A stretch of 63,953 bases of DNA, counting the filler, from Octopus bimaculoides (Eukaryota), in the NCBI RefSeq assembly GCF_001194135.2. It is 7 parts of 6 records of this genome, joined end to end, with 100 filler letters (N's around TTAATTAATTAA, not from the genome) between each part and the next. Parts side by side here need not be neighbours in the genome. Positions count along the whole stretch, not along the records: positions 1 to 10,359 come from NC_069003.1; positions 10,460 to 20,867 come from NC_068993.1; 5 more parts are not named here. The stretch is one strand, 5' to 3'. The position numbers were made by a program, and so were the translations under genes. Of the stretch, positions 1-11,536 are shown in pieces. Under the pieces are notes generated by a model. That model was not told the origin of the DNA. It searched no databases and was given only the letters and a program-made list of their open reading frames with translations. The first letter of the stretch is position 1. Each line of letters opens with the position of its first letter.

Positions 1-70
<70 letters not shown>
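1..70. repeat. (TA)n/(TG)n microsatellite
   Basis: Directly visible compound dinucleotide repeat, representative of dozens of (TA)n, (CA)n, (AAT)n, (TAG)n and (GAT)n tracts in the window. Confidence 0.95.
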
Positions 71-71
<1 letters not shown>

Positions 72-241
72 TTAAATAGATACGTATACGCACAGATTTC
101 GTGATATCAGTTAACAATTATAGTAATTTGTCTTCCTTTTCGCTGCAGCGTGCTTTCTACGTATATTATCTTTTGTTTGCAAATTATATTACACCATTAC
201 TATTACTATTATTATTATTATTATTACTATTATTATTATTA

Positions 242-282
<41 letters not shown>

Positions 283-319
283 GTTGTTGTTGTTATCATT
301 GTTACTACCAATATTATAG

Positions 320-950
320 TGTTATCCAAATTCATTTAACAAGAATTTTTTTGGTGTGGGGTTTGGCGACAGTGTGTCTCAAATCTCTAGCACTTTTCTA
401 AGGATTTTAACAATATAATTCTTTGTAGGCCAATAATGCACGTCTCATTTCCAGAATCTCCCCAACCCCTCCTTGGGTAGCATTTAAGGTTTTTGTCTAT
501 GTGTACCAGTCACTCCAGGAATAATATTCGCCTTTGACTTCAACAATCTCTTCAACTCTACTTCATGTTTCTGATATTTCACTATTTCTCCGCCCGTCTC
601 TGTGAAATACCCCTTTGCAAATAATTTTGAAAAAATAATTATTTAATTTTCTTCTTTTATTTTTGTCGTCTACAATTTTATTTAGTGCCCTTGTTTGAAT
701 ATGATGGTAAATACTTATGGTGAAATCTTGTAAAATCTTGTTATAGTCATTTGTGCTCATACTTCGGATTCGCGTTTATATTACCTTTCCATTACAGCAA
801 ATCCACAAACGTGGCTAACATCTCATTGCACCAGTTATTATACTCTTTTTGCGCTAGCTTACTGCATTCACGTATGTGATATCAACGATTTCGACCTTTT
901 GTTACAGACTTTGAGTTATCTGGGCTTTATTGATATTTATCATTTTCAAT
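320..950 (-). mobile_element. Old R4/Dong-clade (RLE) non-LTR retrotransposon 3' fragment
   Basis: Frameshifted minus-strand translation gives HIRECSKLAQKEY, KILQDFTI..HHIQTR..IVDDKNKR, EIVKYQKHEVELKRLLKSKANIIP and KILRKVLEI*, matching the zinc-knuckle/RLE C-terminus of R4/Dong. The 3' end runs into the (TAA)n tract at about 190-285. Confidence 0.7.
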
Positions 951-1305
951 TTGATTGTATTGGTTTGTTGATCAGCAGTTAATATTAAATTTATTATTAC
1001 TCTAGGTCGGGGGCTCCGAAAGGGGATCCCAGAGAGTAGCATTCCTGCCTTCCTGAGCTAGTTTTCCCCCACATTTCTAAGGTTGGGGATAAGCAAGGGC
1101 ATGCGCCCCGTAGAATTTCAAGATCCAACAAAGCCTTATTAAAGTAACGGAAAATGGATACCAGCCAACCCAAAGGGTGGGGTAGGTTGCACCTGCTTAC
1201 CCGGTTGCTATGGCATTGCGGGTTATGATGGAGCCCCCAAAACCCCTACCCGTTGTGAGATATGCAGATATCGTCAACCACTAAGGCTCAACTACATCTT
1301 AATAA

Positions 1306-1519
1306 GTATTTCTCCTACAGGCACAAGGCTAGAAATTTCAAAGAAGGAGGTAAGTCAATTACATTGACCTCAGTGTTCACCTGGTACTTATTTTATCGAT
1401 CTCGAAGGATGAAAAACTAAGTCGACCTCAGCGAAAATTGAACACAGAACTTAAAGACGGATGAAATACCGCTAACATTTGGCTCGGCGTGCTAACGATT
1501 CTACCAGCTCGCTGTCTTG
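1306..1519 (-). mobile_element. tRNA-head SINE, family M (central GTCGACTTTGCCTTTCATCC domain)
   Basis: Matches the repeat seen at 6912-7149 and about 8 other places. The central domain resembles the MetaSINE domain (from memory, not verified). Confidence 0.85.
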
Positions 1520-1608
1520 AAGAAGAAGAAGAAGAAGAAGAAGAAGAAGAAGAAGAAGAAGAAGAAGAAGAAGAAGAAGAAGAAGAAGAAGAAGAAGAAG
1601 AAGAAGAA
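1519..1608 (+). repeat. (GAA)n, about 30 perfect units
   Basis: Uninterrupted GAA run directly after the SINE head. Confidence 0.95.
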
Positions 1609-1834
1609 GGTGTAGTAGTACTAGTAGTAGCAGTAGTAGTAGTAGTTTTCAAATATTTTTTTAATAAAAATTGCAGAAATTCTTATAATCAAGTTTCGTT
1701 TTATTTTACATAGTTCTTTTATTAGTACATATTTATTTTTCTATTTTGGGCGGGACGTTGCAACGTCCATTATTATTATTGTTGTTGTTAATAATATTAT
1801 TATTATTAATGTTATTATTTCCATAGTCACCACT

Positions 1835-1876
<42 letters not shown>

Positions 1877-2159
1877 GTCGTCATCATCATCATCATTGCT
1901 GTTGTTGATATTATTGCATATAGAGAAACATACAAACAAAACAGATTATAAATTTCAATGGCGTCTTTTCATGTCAAATATGATTTATATGTTGTGTAGA
2001 GATTCTAAACCAGAAACAAACTAAAAAAAACGGTATATTCGCAAAAGAAGTACATGGACAAAGGCGAGAGCTAACATATTAGAACAAAACAACACCACAA
2101 GTGAAAAAAATAATCAATCTATTAGTAGTATTGGTTTTCTACTCTTCTCCTTTATGCTG

Positions 2160-2231
<72 letters not shown>

Positions 2232-2384
2232 TAGATAGTAGTAGTAGCAGCAGCAGCAACAGAAGTAATTGTAGTAGTAGTAGTAGTAGTAGTAGTAGCG
2301 ACAACAGCTGACGAAATACCGGTAAGAATTTTGCTCCGCGTGCTAACGATTCTGCCAGCTCGCCGCCTTAATAATAATGAAAGC

Positions 2385-2475
<91 letters not shown>

Positions 2476-2521
2476 TTTTATAGGATTGAGGTAACTCCTT
2501 TATGTAGGAATACAGAAGCAA

Positions 2522-2563
2522 GTGAACGTTATTTCGGCATCTAACATACCTTCCACGGGTTCA
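2522..2563 (-). ncRNA. Minimal type-I hammerhead-like motif (variant core)
   Basis: UGAAC-CCGUGGA-A-GGUAU-guuag-AUGCC-GAAA-UA-A-C-GUUCA: stems I and II pair and GAAA is present, but the core and position 16.1 deviate from consensus. Confidence 0.5.
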
Positions 2564-2644
2564 ATAAATAAACTTGTCAATCTACTTCATTTTTGATAAT
2601 ATTTTATAGGATTGACGTAACTCAATCCTATAAAATTATTTTTT

Positions 2645-2685
2645 GTACCTGTGGAAGGCATACTAGATGCCTAGATATCGTTCAC
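2645..2685 (+). ncRNA. Minimal type-I hammerhead-like motif (degenerate)
   Basis: CUGUGGA-A-GGCAU-acuag-AUGCC-uagA-UA-U-C-GUUCAC: perfect stem II, GAA changed to UAG. Confidence 0.45.
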
Positions 2686-2794
2686 TTGATAATAATTGCA
2701 CTCTTCTTGTTTTGGCTTCTGTATACCTACTGGAGGGGTTACCTCAATCCTATAAAATGTTACCAATAATGAAGTAAATTGACAAGTTTATCTT

Positions 2795-2837
2795 GTGAAC
2801 CAGTGGAAGGGATGCTAGACACCGAAATATCGTTCAC
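2795..2837 (+). ncRNA. Minimal type-I hammerhead-like motif (variant core)
   Basis: GUGAAC-CAGUGGA-A-ggg..acc-GAAA-UA-U-C-GUUCAC: 6-bp stem I, palindromic AUAU stem III, AUC cleavage triplet, decayed stem II. Confidence 0.5.
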
Positions 2838-2973
2838 TTGATAACAATGGCACTCTTCTCTTCTTGTTTTTTTTTCTTTAATAATAATGATGATGATGAG
2901 GAGGAGGAGGATGATGATGATGAGGAGGAGGAGGAGGAGGAGGAGGAGGANNNNNNNNNNNGAAGAGGAGGAG

Positions 2974-3005
<32 letters not shown>

Positions 3006-3034
3006 GGATGGTTTTAAATTATGGTACAACGCCA

Positions 3035-3200
3035 GTAGTTCGGAGGAAAGAAGTCAATTACCGTCCATGAACTGTTACTTATTTTATTCACCCTGAAAGA
3101 ATGAAAGTGCAGTCGACCTTGGCGTAATTTGAACTCAGAACGTTAAGACGGATGAAATGTCGCTAGGCATTTTGTCCAGCGCGTTAACGGTTCTTTCATC
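3035..3200 (-). mobile_element. SINE family M, diverged copy
   Basis: GAATGAAAGTGCAGTCGACCTTGGCGTAATTTGAACTCAGAACG matches the family. Confidence 0.75.
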
Positions 3201-3212
3201 ACACCGCCACAA

Positions 3213-3262
<50 letters not shown>

Positions 3263-3714
3263 CTAAGAAGAAGAAGAAGAATATTAATAACGGCATAACA
3301 ACACGAAGACAAGAATAAACAATGAAAGCAATAAAAAAATTAGGATATAAAAAAGAGAACAAAAGAAAGCTATATTTCTTTTTTAATATTAATGTTAATG
3401 TTCTTCCTGATTGTTGTTACCACACTTCACTTAGTAATTGCATCATCATAGTCATCACCATCGTCATCATCGTGGCTGTCGTCGTCGTCGGCGGCGTCAT
3501 CATCATCATTATCATCTTCGTCGTCATCGTGTGATTGTGCTACGACTGTTATGAAAGGTCTGACGCTATCATTAACGATGCAATCAAGTCAAAAGCGTCA
3601 ATTAGCAAACGTCATTTGTCATCAAAAAATTCTGACAGGATGAAATGAAACAAAAACGTAGAAGACAATACACTACATATTCATATATACACATCTACAT
3701 ACATACAAGCATAT

Positions 3715-3775
<61 letters not shown>

Positions 3776-3966
3776 AATATATATATATATATATTCATAT
3801 ATATATATATTGTGCGTGTGCGCGTGTATATACACATATATATACATATATACATACATATACATATATTTATTCATATATATATATATATATATATACT
3901 TTTGTATATATAAATATGTTTATATATATATGTGTGTGTGTGTATGTATGTACATATTTATATATG

Positions 3967-4009
<43 letters not shown>

Positions 4010-4423
4010 ATGCATAGAAAAAAAATTAGAATAATTGAAACATGAAGCGAGGATAAAAAGAAATAAAATCACAGAACAAAAAGAAAGAAAAAGCTAAACT
4101 AATTTTAATTCCACAGAATTTAAAAGAAAAAATCGGAAATTTTATGCTTCGATTCTTGAAATGATTTTTTTTAATTTTATAATTTTAGCATTTATTTATT
4201 TATATTTTTTTCATTTATTTGTTAGATTTATTCTTATCTACTTCTTTCTTTTCCTCCATCTGTCTTTATGTCTACCCTTCTCTTATTCTCTCTCTTTTCT
4301 CTCTCTCCCTTTCTCTTATTTTTCCTGTTTTTCCTTTCGTTTGAAATTCTTTGTACATCCTTTTTCCTACTTATTTTTTGTTCTCAATTTTTATGTTTCT
4401 TTTGTCTCTTTCTTTTTTTAGTT

Positions 4424-4480
<57 letters not shown>

Positions 4481-5037
4481 TTCTTCTACTTGCACTGCAA
4501 CCGGGAAGTATACAACGATGAACTAAATACTGCCGAGTATTTTAGTTCAACACTTTACTGACTCAGCAATACAGCTTTTCTCTCTCTCTCCCTCGATCTC
4601 AAATTCTCTCTTACTTTCTTTATAGATATTGATTTTTATAAACGGTACAAACAACCACAAATTGTTGCTGGAAGGAAGCAATCCATTAAAACAATCCCAC
4701 TACATATTAAGTATTTTTATAAACCACACTGGATGAGTGGGGGCAAAAGCGACGCTTACCAAAATCTGACTAAATTCTAAGCTAATAGATAAAGTAGTCA
4801 ATGTATTTAAAATGTATTTGTTAATCACTCAACGCGTTGATTTGGTGCTATAAAGTAACTAAAGTATGTTACATACCATTCCTTTTTAGCACTTGTCTAA
4901 GCCAATTAAGTTTTCACTGAAGAAAATCCTATGCGATATTACATCATTTGAAATAGATCCATGTACCTGCTTGGGTACGTTTACTTAAATCTAATAATGT
5001 ATCTGCTTGTTTTTTGGGGGTTTTTCACTCACTGCAG

Positions 5038-5416
5038 AGTGCGTTGAACATGAATTTTTGTGAGCAGGGTCCAACCAATGAACAGAGTTCGTGTTTGAAG
5101 TGTCATAAAGAATGTGAGTTCACATGTGGTCCCCGGTCGCATGCATACACACGTTAAGATCGTATGACTCACAACACCTCATCTTGTCGATTATTGACCG
5201 TCGCAGAATTATTCGCTGAACAAATCACAGCCGATTTTTGGAGCAAACGTAGATTAGGTCTGAAGAAAGTTTTAGAGAATGCATTAACAAAAACTCTGAG
5301 GTGTTCGTCACTCCCAGTGGTCTTCCAGCACACCTGACACCGTCCCCTAATTTCAGAGGGCCTGTGTTATCGCTAAAATTCGTCGAACCTACACCCGGTT
5401 CATCTCTCCTGCTTCG
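5038..5416 (+). pseudogene. Decayed furin-like Cys-rich repeat fragment (EGFR/ErbB- or PCSK-like)
   Basis: Frameshifted translation SCLKCHKECEFTCGP, THVKI..HLVDY*PSQNY, SGLPAHLTPSPNFRGPVL resembles C..CH.EC..TC.GP...C..C.HVK...CV..CP repeats. Bounded by AG and GT-like sites, with stops in all frames. Confidence 0.35.
5173..5259 (-). CDS. Candidate 87-nt phase-2/2 exon (PNLRLLQKSAVICSANNSATVNNRQDEV)
   Basis: Acceptor ctttcttcag and donor TT|gtgagt; open and in frame with the 9617-9510 candidate. No recognisable homology, and it overlaps the plus-strand relic, so it may be chance. Confidence 0.2.
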
Positions 5417-5949
5417 GTAAGCTAGTTATAATCAGACTATGGATGATTAAATTACAACAGGTATATAGCCCATTGTTTGTATTATAGTGCACTGTTGTAC
5501 CATTCAAAGCATCTTATTCTTTAGAAACAATACACAATGCTTCAAGCGAACTACAATACTCTCCAAACTTAATGTGTTTGTTGTGATATTATATTAAAGC
5601 GCTTTATAAAATCTGTATCATCTGCAACTAAACGGGGAAACGCATTTTTGTCAATGAGAATTAACGAAACTAAGTTATATAATGAAACAGAATTTAACAA
5701 TGTAATGCTAAAGCGAAATAACTCAGAAACAATCGAAATATATCAGATGTTAATTGGTAAACCGTATTCTTCTTCTGTAGCAGATAGTTCCACTCACGGC
5801 AAAAAAATCAATTCTCAGGGACTACATCAGATGTGTAGCGTAAATATATGAAATGCACGAAGGGATATTGAAAGACAAAATAACGTTTGCTGACAAGCAA
5901 ATATATAAAATGTGAAATATTAAGAAAAAACTAATACAGCAAATCTAAT

Positions 5950-6420
5950 TTGGAATAGAACACAGTGCAAGAGAACAAGGATGAGAGGAAAAAATAAAAA
6001 AACTCTCGATAATTCGATAAATATGGAGTAAAACTAAAGCGGGAAGAGGTTAAGTTGTAACATGGACTCAAGCACAACGCTGTATAACACAATAAAAATG
6101 GAGTAAAACGAATGAAAAATACGTTAATAGATAAAAATGATAGGAAAGAACTATTAATGCCAACAGAAATGGATGTGTACAGTGATTTGGAAATATGATA
6201 GAGGAAATTAAACGACAAACTAAAGAGATGAAAATACGTGTGATGAAAAAGCAGAGCTTAATCGTAAAGATAACGGTTAGAAAAATACGCAGAGAGGGAA
6301 AACATGAAATAGTTATGAGAGCCTAGGTATAGCTATGTTCAGAGGTTGTTGGTTTCTAAACTACTTCAGTCTTGGTTTCAGCCTATCGTTAGGAGCATAC
6401 GCCATGTCGTATGCCATAAC
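5950..6420 (+). mobile_element. Highly decayed RTE-type LINE, post-RT region
   Basis: KNDRKELLMPTEMD and downstream ..RLE.. resemble the RTE motif KRLLATEMDF..R..NE.IR..KRL.W. Confidence 0.4.
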
Positions 6421-6911
6421 TTTTTGTTTCATCATTACGTTTTGAGATAAAACTTGTAAACGGGACACGCATGACTGCAAAGACCAACTAATAATGACTA
6501 AAACTATTTCAGTACTGAAATAAGAAAGAAGTACTGCTTGGATGGATGATATCAAAATTGTACGAATGAGTGAGGTATTCATGGATGCTTGCGTATATGG
6601 AGATGTGTGTTTTATTATTAATACTCATCCAATTCACAAAGAGTAGCACGCCAAACTCGATGACCCTCTTTCCAGATAATATATAGATCTGGATATTCAG
6701 TTAGAATGAATAGAAAATATGGATATAATAATAGTCCAATATCTTAGAGAAACAACAGAAATACAGCATAGCCAAATGGTAAAGAGACGCCTCTGAACAC
6801 CTCATGGGTACACATGCAATTATAACACTTCAAAGTAGTGCTTATATTTTGTATAATTCTGTGTATATAGGGCATCTTTTAGCCACAGTGTTCCGTATAT
6901 CTGCATTGGAA

Positions 6912-7149
6912 CAAGGTGGTGAGCTGGCAGAATCGTTTGCACGCCGGGCGAAATGCTTAGTGGTATTTCGTCTGCCGTTACGTTCTGAGTTCAAATTCCG
7001 CCGAAGCCGACTTTGCATTTCATCCTTTATGGGTCGAGTAAATAAGTACCAGTTAAGCACTGGGGTTGATGTAATCGACTTAATCTCTTTGTTTGTCCTT
7101 GTTTGTCCCCTCTATGTTTAGCCCCTTGTGGGCAATAAAGAAATAAAGA
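6912..7149 (+). mobile_element. SINE family M, near full length
   Basis: tRNA-like head (GAGCTGGCAGAATCG box A-like; GAGTTCAAATTCC box B), central domain, and tail ending CAATAAAGAAATAAAGAA. Confidence 0.9.
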
Positions 7150-8261
7150 AGTAAATATCTGTATTGGAATTCGAAATATTTTTTTCCCTGAAAACTGTTA
7201 ACTCCTATAGTGTCAAATTCTTTTTCTCGTCGTCTTAGAGTCGATAGAGTTTGGAATGAGAGCCGTCTAAGATGTTATAGTCAGAGAGAGAAGAGGCGGC
7301 ATAAAAACCAGAAAGGGTCCTCATTCACGTTTCTACTGATTCCCCTAAATCCATTTTTTTCAGTTTGGTTATATTTTATTTTATCAACTGTAAAATATTG
7401 ACCTCTGCGACATTTCAACTCAGACTCCACAGAGCTGCACCGAGCACTGCGACAACCTCATTTATCTCTGTAACAACCGTCCACGTTGCCGCTTTCAATC
7501 ACCGGTTATTTAATTAAATAAAGTGAAGTAAAAGACGTGAGCAGGAAGAAAAAAAATGTAAAACCCAGAAAGGTTTGTATACTGATAGCGCCTATTAATA
7601 CGTCTCCAGGAAGTGCAAAAAAAAAAAATTGAGAGATAAAATCGGAGAAAAAAAATCAATACTACTTTCTCAGAATAATATTAAATGGTTTTTCGATATA
7701 ACATTGCTAAACGTTGCCTTTTATCAAGGGTGGTGGAAAGAAAATAAACTAGTACACCATTATGATGTACTAGCAGAAGTGATAGAGTACCGGACAAATT
7801 ATTTTGTTGCATTTGTTCCGGATGATTGTGTTCTGAATTTTTAAATGTTCCGTTTCATCAAAGCCTGCTTCTTGTATAGCATTAGCAGACTTCACGCTGT
7901 TGCAAGCAATCATTCAAGCTAGAACTTCGGTTTCAGTACAATATTTTTGTAATTATCTGTTGCATGTTCTGAAAAAAAAAAGGGTGTTATGGCGATGCGG
8001 TTCATTCCCTTGTTATCTTGTACAAAACAAAATGCCCTGCAAATGATTTTACCACGTTTAGGTATGTTGGATGTTGTATATGGATTTATATAGAATTAAG
8101 ATATTATATTCGTTAAATAAACACTAAAGCTCTAAAATCAGCGAGGGGTGTGATTGAAGCTGTTTTGTTTAATTATTTCATCATTAAATACACGTTGCAT
8201 AAATATTCGTACATACTTTACCTTTTCCGTGTAGTTATATAAACATGTATATACGTGTTGC

Positions 8262-8290
<29 letters not shown>

Positions 8291-8292
<2 letters not shown>

Positions 8293-8513
8293 CTGTTGCA
8301 TGTGGGAAGAATCATTCTCTTTTAGTGCCTTATAATTTAACACACACATCGGTAAAATTTCCACTGATAAAAAAATAAAAAATACAATTTTTTTTAAAAT
8401 TAATTTTTTTTTATTTAATTTAAAAAACAAGAAATAAGTGAAGATTTTACTGGTAAGTGTGTTAAATTATAAGGCACTAAAAGAGAACGACTCTCCCCAG
8501 ACACAACAGAATA
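8291..8513. repeat. Foldback element with ~75-bp inverted arms around an A/T-only loop
   Basis: 8291-8365 is the imperfect reverse complement of 8438-8513, with an exact core TTTTAGTGCCTTATAATTTAACAC / GTGTTAAATTATAAGGCACTAAAA. Confidence 0.75.
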
Positions 8514-9509
8514 TACTTCAACACACGAACTCACATGAATCGTGCAAACCAAATCCCAAAACAGAAAAACTAGCAGTTTTACCATGCTTATCTATATTTC
8601 ACGTAAATAGCTTGGAAAAAAATTATCTTCCAAACACTGCTTTTCCGAATGTCCTGAAGAAGCGCTCTTCACACCGTAAAATAAAATTACAAGGTAAAAC
8701 TGCAACTTGGTTCGGTTTACTTTTCAATTTGCAGATTGATTTGAACCTTCTCACATCGTTCTGCCTTTACATTCTTTAAAGTATATCTCACAATACTTCA
8801 CAAACTCTAGCTCATAAATTTGTGTGTGAGTGTGTGTAACCACCCCACCCCCCGCCATTGATTTTAACACGTTAATATACTCAGCAGAGGCGGTCTAAAA
8901 CGTGACCTACACATATCTAGACCTAAACCCCACCCATAGATTCTGATAGTAATTATTACACTCTTCAATTCCTTAATGTGTTTTAAACTTCTGTTTGTAA
9001 TTAGCTGGAACACGGGGTCTTTAAACATCTTCAAATATATTTTTCTAGTTCTTTTGAAATTTCTGTTGTCTTTCTTTGCCTAGTTTGGTTCATAACCATA
9101 TTGTTCAACATTGCCTGCCTCTCCTTACATAAGGTTATTGCCTATCGTGATATTAATGGCATCATGGAACCTAGTCTCCATTGCAATTAGTTTCTCGCAA
9201 TAATGTAAGTTTAAGTGCACTGGTTCGCGGTTTCTCATCAACGATTAATCTTCTTGCTGAATGCATTTAGAGAACGTTTACAACTGACTCAAGTATTCAC
9301 TCAAAGCCATTCAGCTTTTTCTTTTTTTCATCCTCAGGCCTTTCTTTTATCTGCGCAGCTAAGCGCCTGGAGCATTTGTGGTTGGGAACGAACGGAATCA
9401 ATCTCATCGGTTTATGACTGTCTAGAAAGATCACGAGTAGTGTCTCTACTCTCCTTTATATTTTAATTAAAAAACAATTTTTTTAAAAAATGTATGAAGA
9501 CACGCTCAC

Positions 9510-9617
9510 CTCTGTGGAGCATGATTACAATAACTTTGGCGTGACACGAAACCTGTATGCATTCGTCTGATAGACAAACCGCCCGAGCTCAATAGCTTCC
9601 GATTCATGATAAATAAC
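9510..9617 (-). CDS. Candidate 108-nt exon (LFI-MNRKLLSSGGLSIRRMHTGFVSRQSYCNHAPQ), presequence-like
   Basis: Acceptor ttttttgctgcag|G, donor CAGAG|gtgagc, one open frame, ATG at 9607 with A at -3. The peptide after the ATG is Arg/Ser-rich with no acidic residues. Confidence 0.35.
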
Positions 9618-10327
9618 CTGCAGCAAAAAAATATTCTCATTAAAACTTGGAATACTTGTCAGAACCGTGAAAGACATAGAAACATTTAATTAAAAGTCCC
9701 CTACCGCAAAGAAAATTCCAAATAACTTACAAAAAAAAAATAGAAAAGAAAAATATTAGATAAAATAAAATGAAATGAACGCGGTAAAGCTGTTAAGAAA
9801 TAAACTAAAAAAATTAACTCCATAACAAATTTGGAAGCCTGAATTTATTCCCAAAATTATCTTTTAATAAATCGAAATGGAATGTTTCCGATCAAATTTT
9901 TATCAGCCGAATTTTAAATAATTCCGTTATGATGTATAATTTTCTTTTTATTTAATGTAATTTCATAATATTATTTTATAATTCGATGTTCTCCTGGCAG
10001 CTTTTTTAAACTACAGCCGCCAGTCATTTATTCGAAAATGTTTCAGAGTTAAATATTAAATGAAAACATGTATATTATACGTATATATAAACAAACATAT
10101 ATACATATACATGTGTATTATACCGATGCATGCGAGCGCATACGCAGTTATCACCATATATGCATAGGTATATGCATATACATGTATGTATGTACGTAAG
10201 TGCGTATGCAATTTATATATCTATATATATATATATTTACATATGTATACGTATAAAAACACTATTTATAACTCTCCTGTATATACATACATATGCACAC
10301 CCCCACAGAAATACAGAGATGCATATA

Positions 10328-10359
<32 letters not shown>

Positions 10360-10403
10360 NNNNNNNNNNNNNNNNNNNNNNNNNNNNNNNNNNNNNNNNN
10401 NNN

Positions 10404-10415
10404 TTAATTAATTAA
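10404..10415. other. Assembly linker TTAATTAATTAA inside N gap (also 20912, 25710, 41172, 46638, 62485)
   Basis: The identical 12-mer, which gives stops in all six frames, is centred in six similar-sized N gaps. Confidence 0.9.
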
Positions 10416-10565
10416 NNNNNNNNNNNNNNNNNNNNNNNNNNNNNNNNNNNNNNNNNNNNATATTTGTGTGTATGTGTGTATGTATATATATGTATACATA
10501 TCTATATATATATATATATATGTATGTATATACATATATATATATCTATATCTATCTATCTATCT

Positions 10566-10611
<46 letters not shown>

Positions 10612-11323
10612 GTATACATATATATATATATATACATATATATATGTATATATGCATATATCTATATACGTATAAATATATATATGTATATATATGTATA
10701 TGTGTATGTATGTTTTTATATATGGATGCATCTATGTATGCATGTATATATGTACATATGTATATAACATATCTAATGTGCGTGTATCTTGGAAAAATTA
10801 GAAGCTGCAGTAATCATCTCAGGAAAGTTCCCTTTATACGCGTTGTATTAAAAATATTAAAAGAACACAATATACTACAGAGCTAGACGGAACGAAATTT
10901 TCTCGGAAGCGAATGTGAGAGTAACAGATGCGCATTTCGCAGTTCTTGCGGCTTGTTAATATCACAGCCGGATCGCCTCCGACACGAAGTCTCCTCGACC
11001 TTTCTCCGACACGATTACCTTTCGTCTATGCACGGCTATGCTCGGCTATGCGCGGCTATGCGCGGCTATGCGTGTGAGTGTAAATGGATGTGTGCATGTG
11101 TGCATGTGTGCTTGTTTGTGTACGTGTGTGTGAGGAATACATGACAAATGACCTGTTATTGTCTTTTGTTTTACTAACATAGCAACTGCAGTCAGTGTAA
11201 TATTTTCACCCAGATATCACATAAACACCAACGGCACCCAGTGTCTTGGTTCCGTAATTTTTCAGAAGATATCGAAAATATTATCCTTTCTTGTAAACGG
11301 GGACAGTTCAATCTGACTAACTA

Positions 11324-11536
11324 CGAGGGTAATGCTGTTCTTGGCTTTGGGTAAAAGAAAATACAGGAGGATCAGTTAATTATGATTTTATTCAACATAT
11401 TCCACTCTCAGGATCACACACTTATTGCAATGGTCATTCAGATTTTATAAGCCCTGTAAAAAAACTCGAAAGGTTGGGCCTCCAGCCAAGTCTTTCGTGA
11501 TACCTTTAAAGCCAGGAACTTTTCAGCACTTCCTTG
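11324..11536. mobile_element. Mariner-derived MITE, ~210 bp
   Basis: TA-CGAGGG...CCTTG-TA termini. The interior on minus encodes a ..CNKCV.LRVEYVE* transposase end. Same family at 46040-46205 and 46716-46930. Confidence 0.8.

Larger units (their letters stand above)
2477..2865. mobile_element. Tandem plus inverted ~150-bp repeat carrying hammerhead-like motifs (Penelope pseudo-LTR or retrozyme-like)
   Basis: 2477-2620 is the reverse complement of the unit repeated on plus at about 2645-2865. Central hairpin TTTATAGGATTGA-cgtaac-TCAATCCTATAAA at about 2603-2637. A fourth, deleted copy lies at 28532-28682. Confidence 0.75.

Noticed and set aside
101-4561. Homopolymeric ORFs (poly-L, Y, S, E, D) and the many CV/YI/HT-repeat ORFs throughout
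   Set aside because: They are translations of microsatellites, with no splice or domain support.
7395-7435. Minus-strand CUGUGGA...GAAAUGUC hammerhead-like string
   Set aside because: Stems I and II do not pair.
10404-10415. Recurrent TTAATTAATTAA as a biological motif
   Set aside because: Always centred in N gaps; it is a six-frame-stop scaffolding linker.
11172-11330. Plus-strand TACTAAC plus AG followed by an open frame
   Set aside because: The frame ends inside a MITE, the peptide is unrecognisable, and there are no partner exons.
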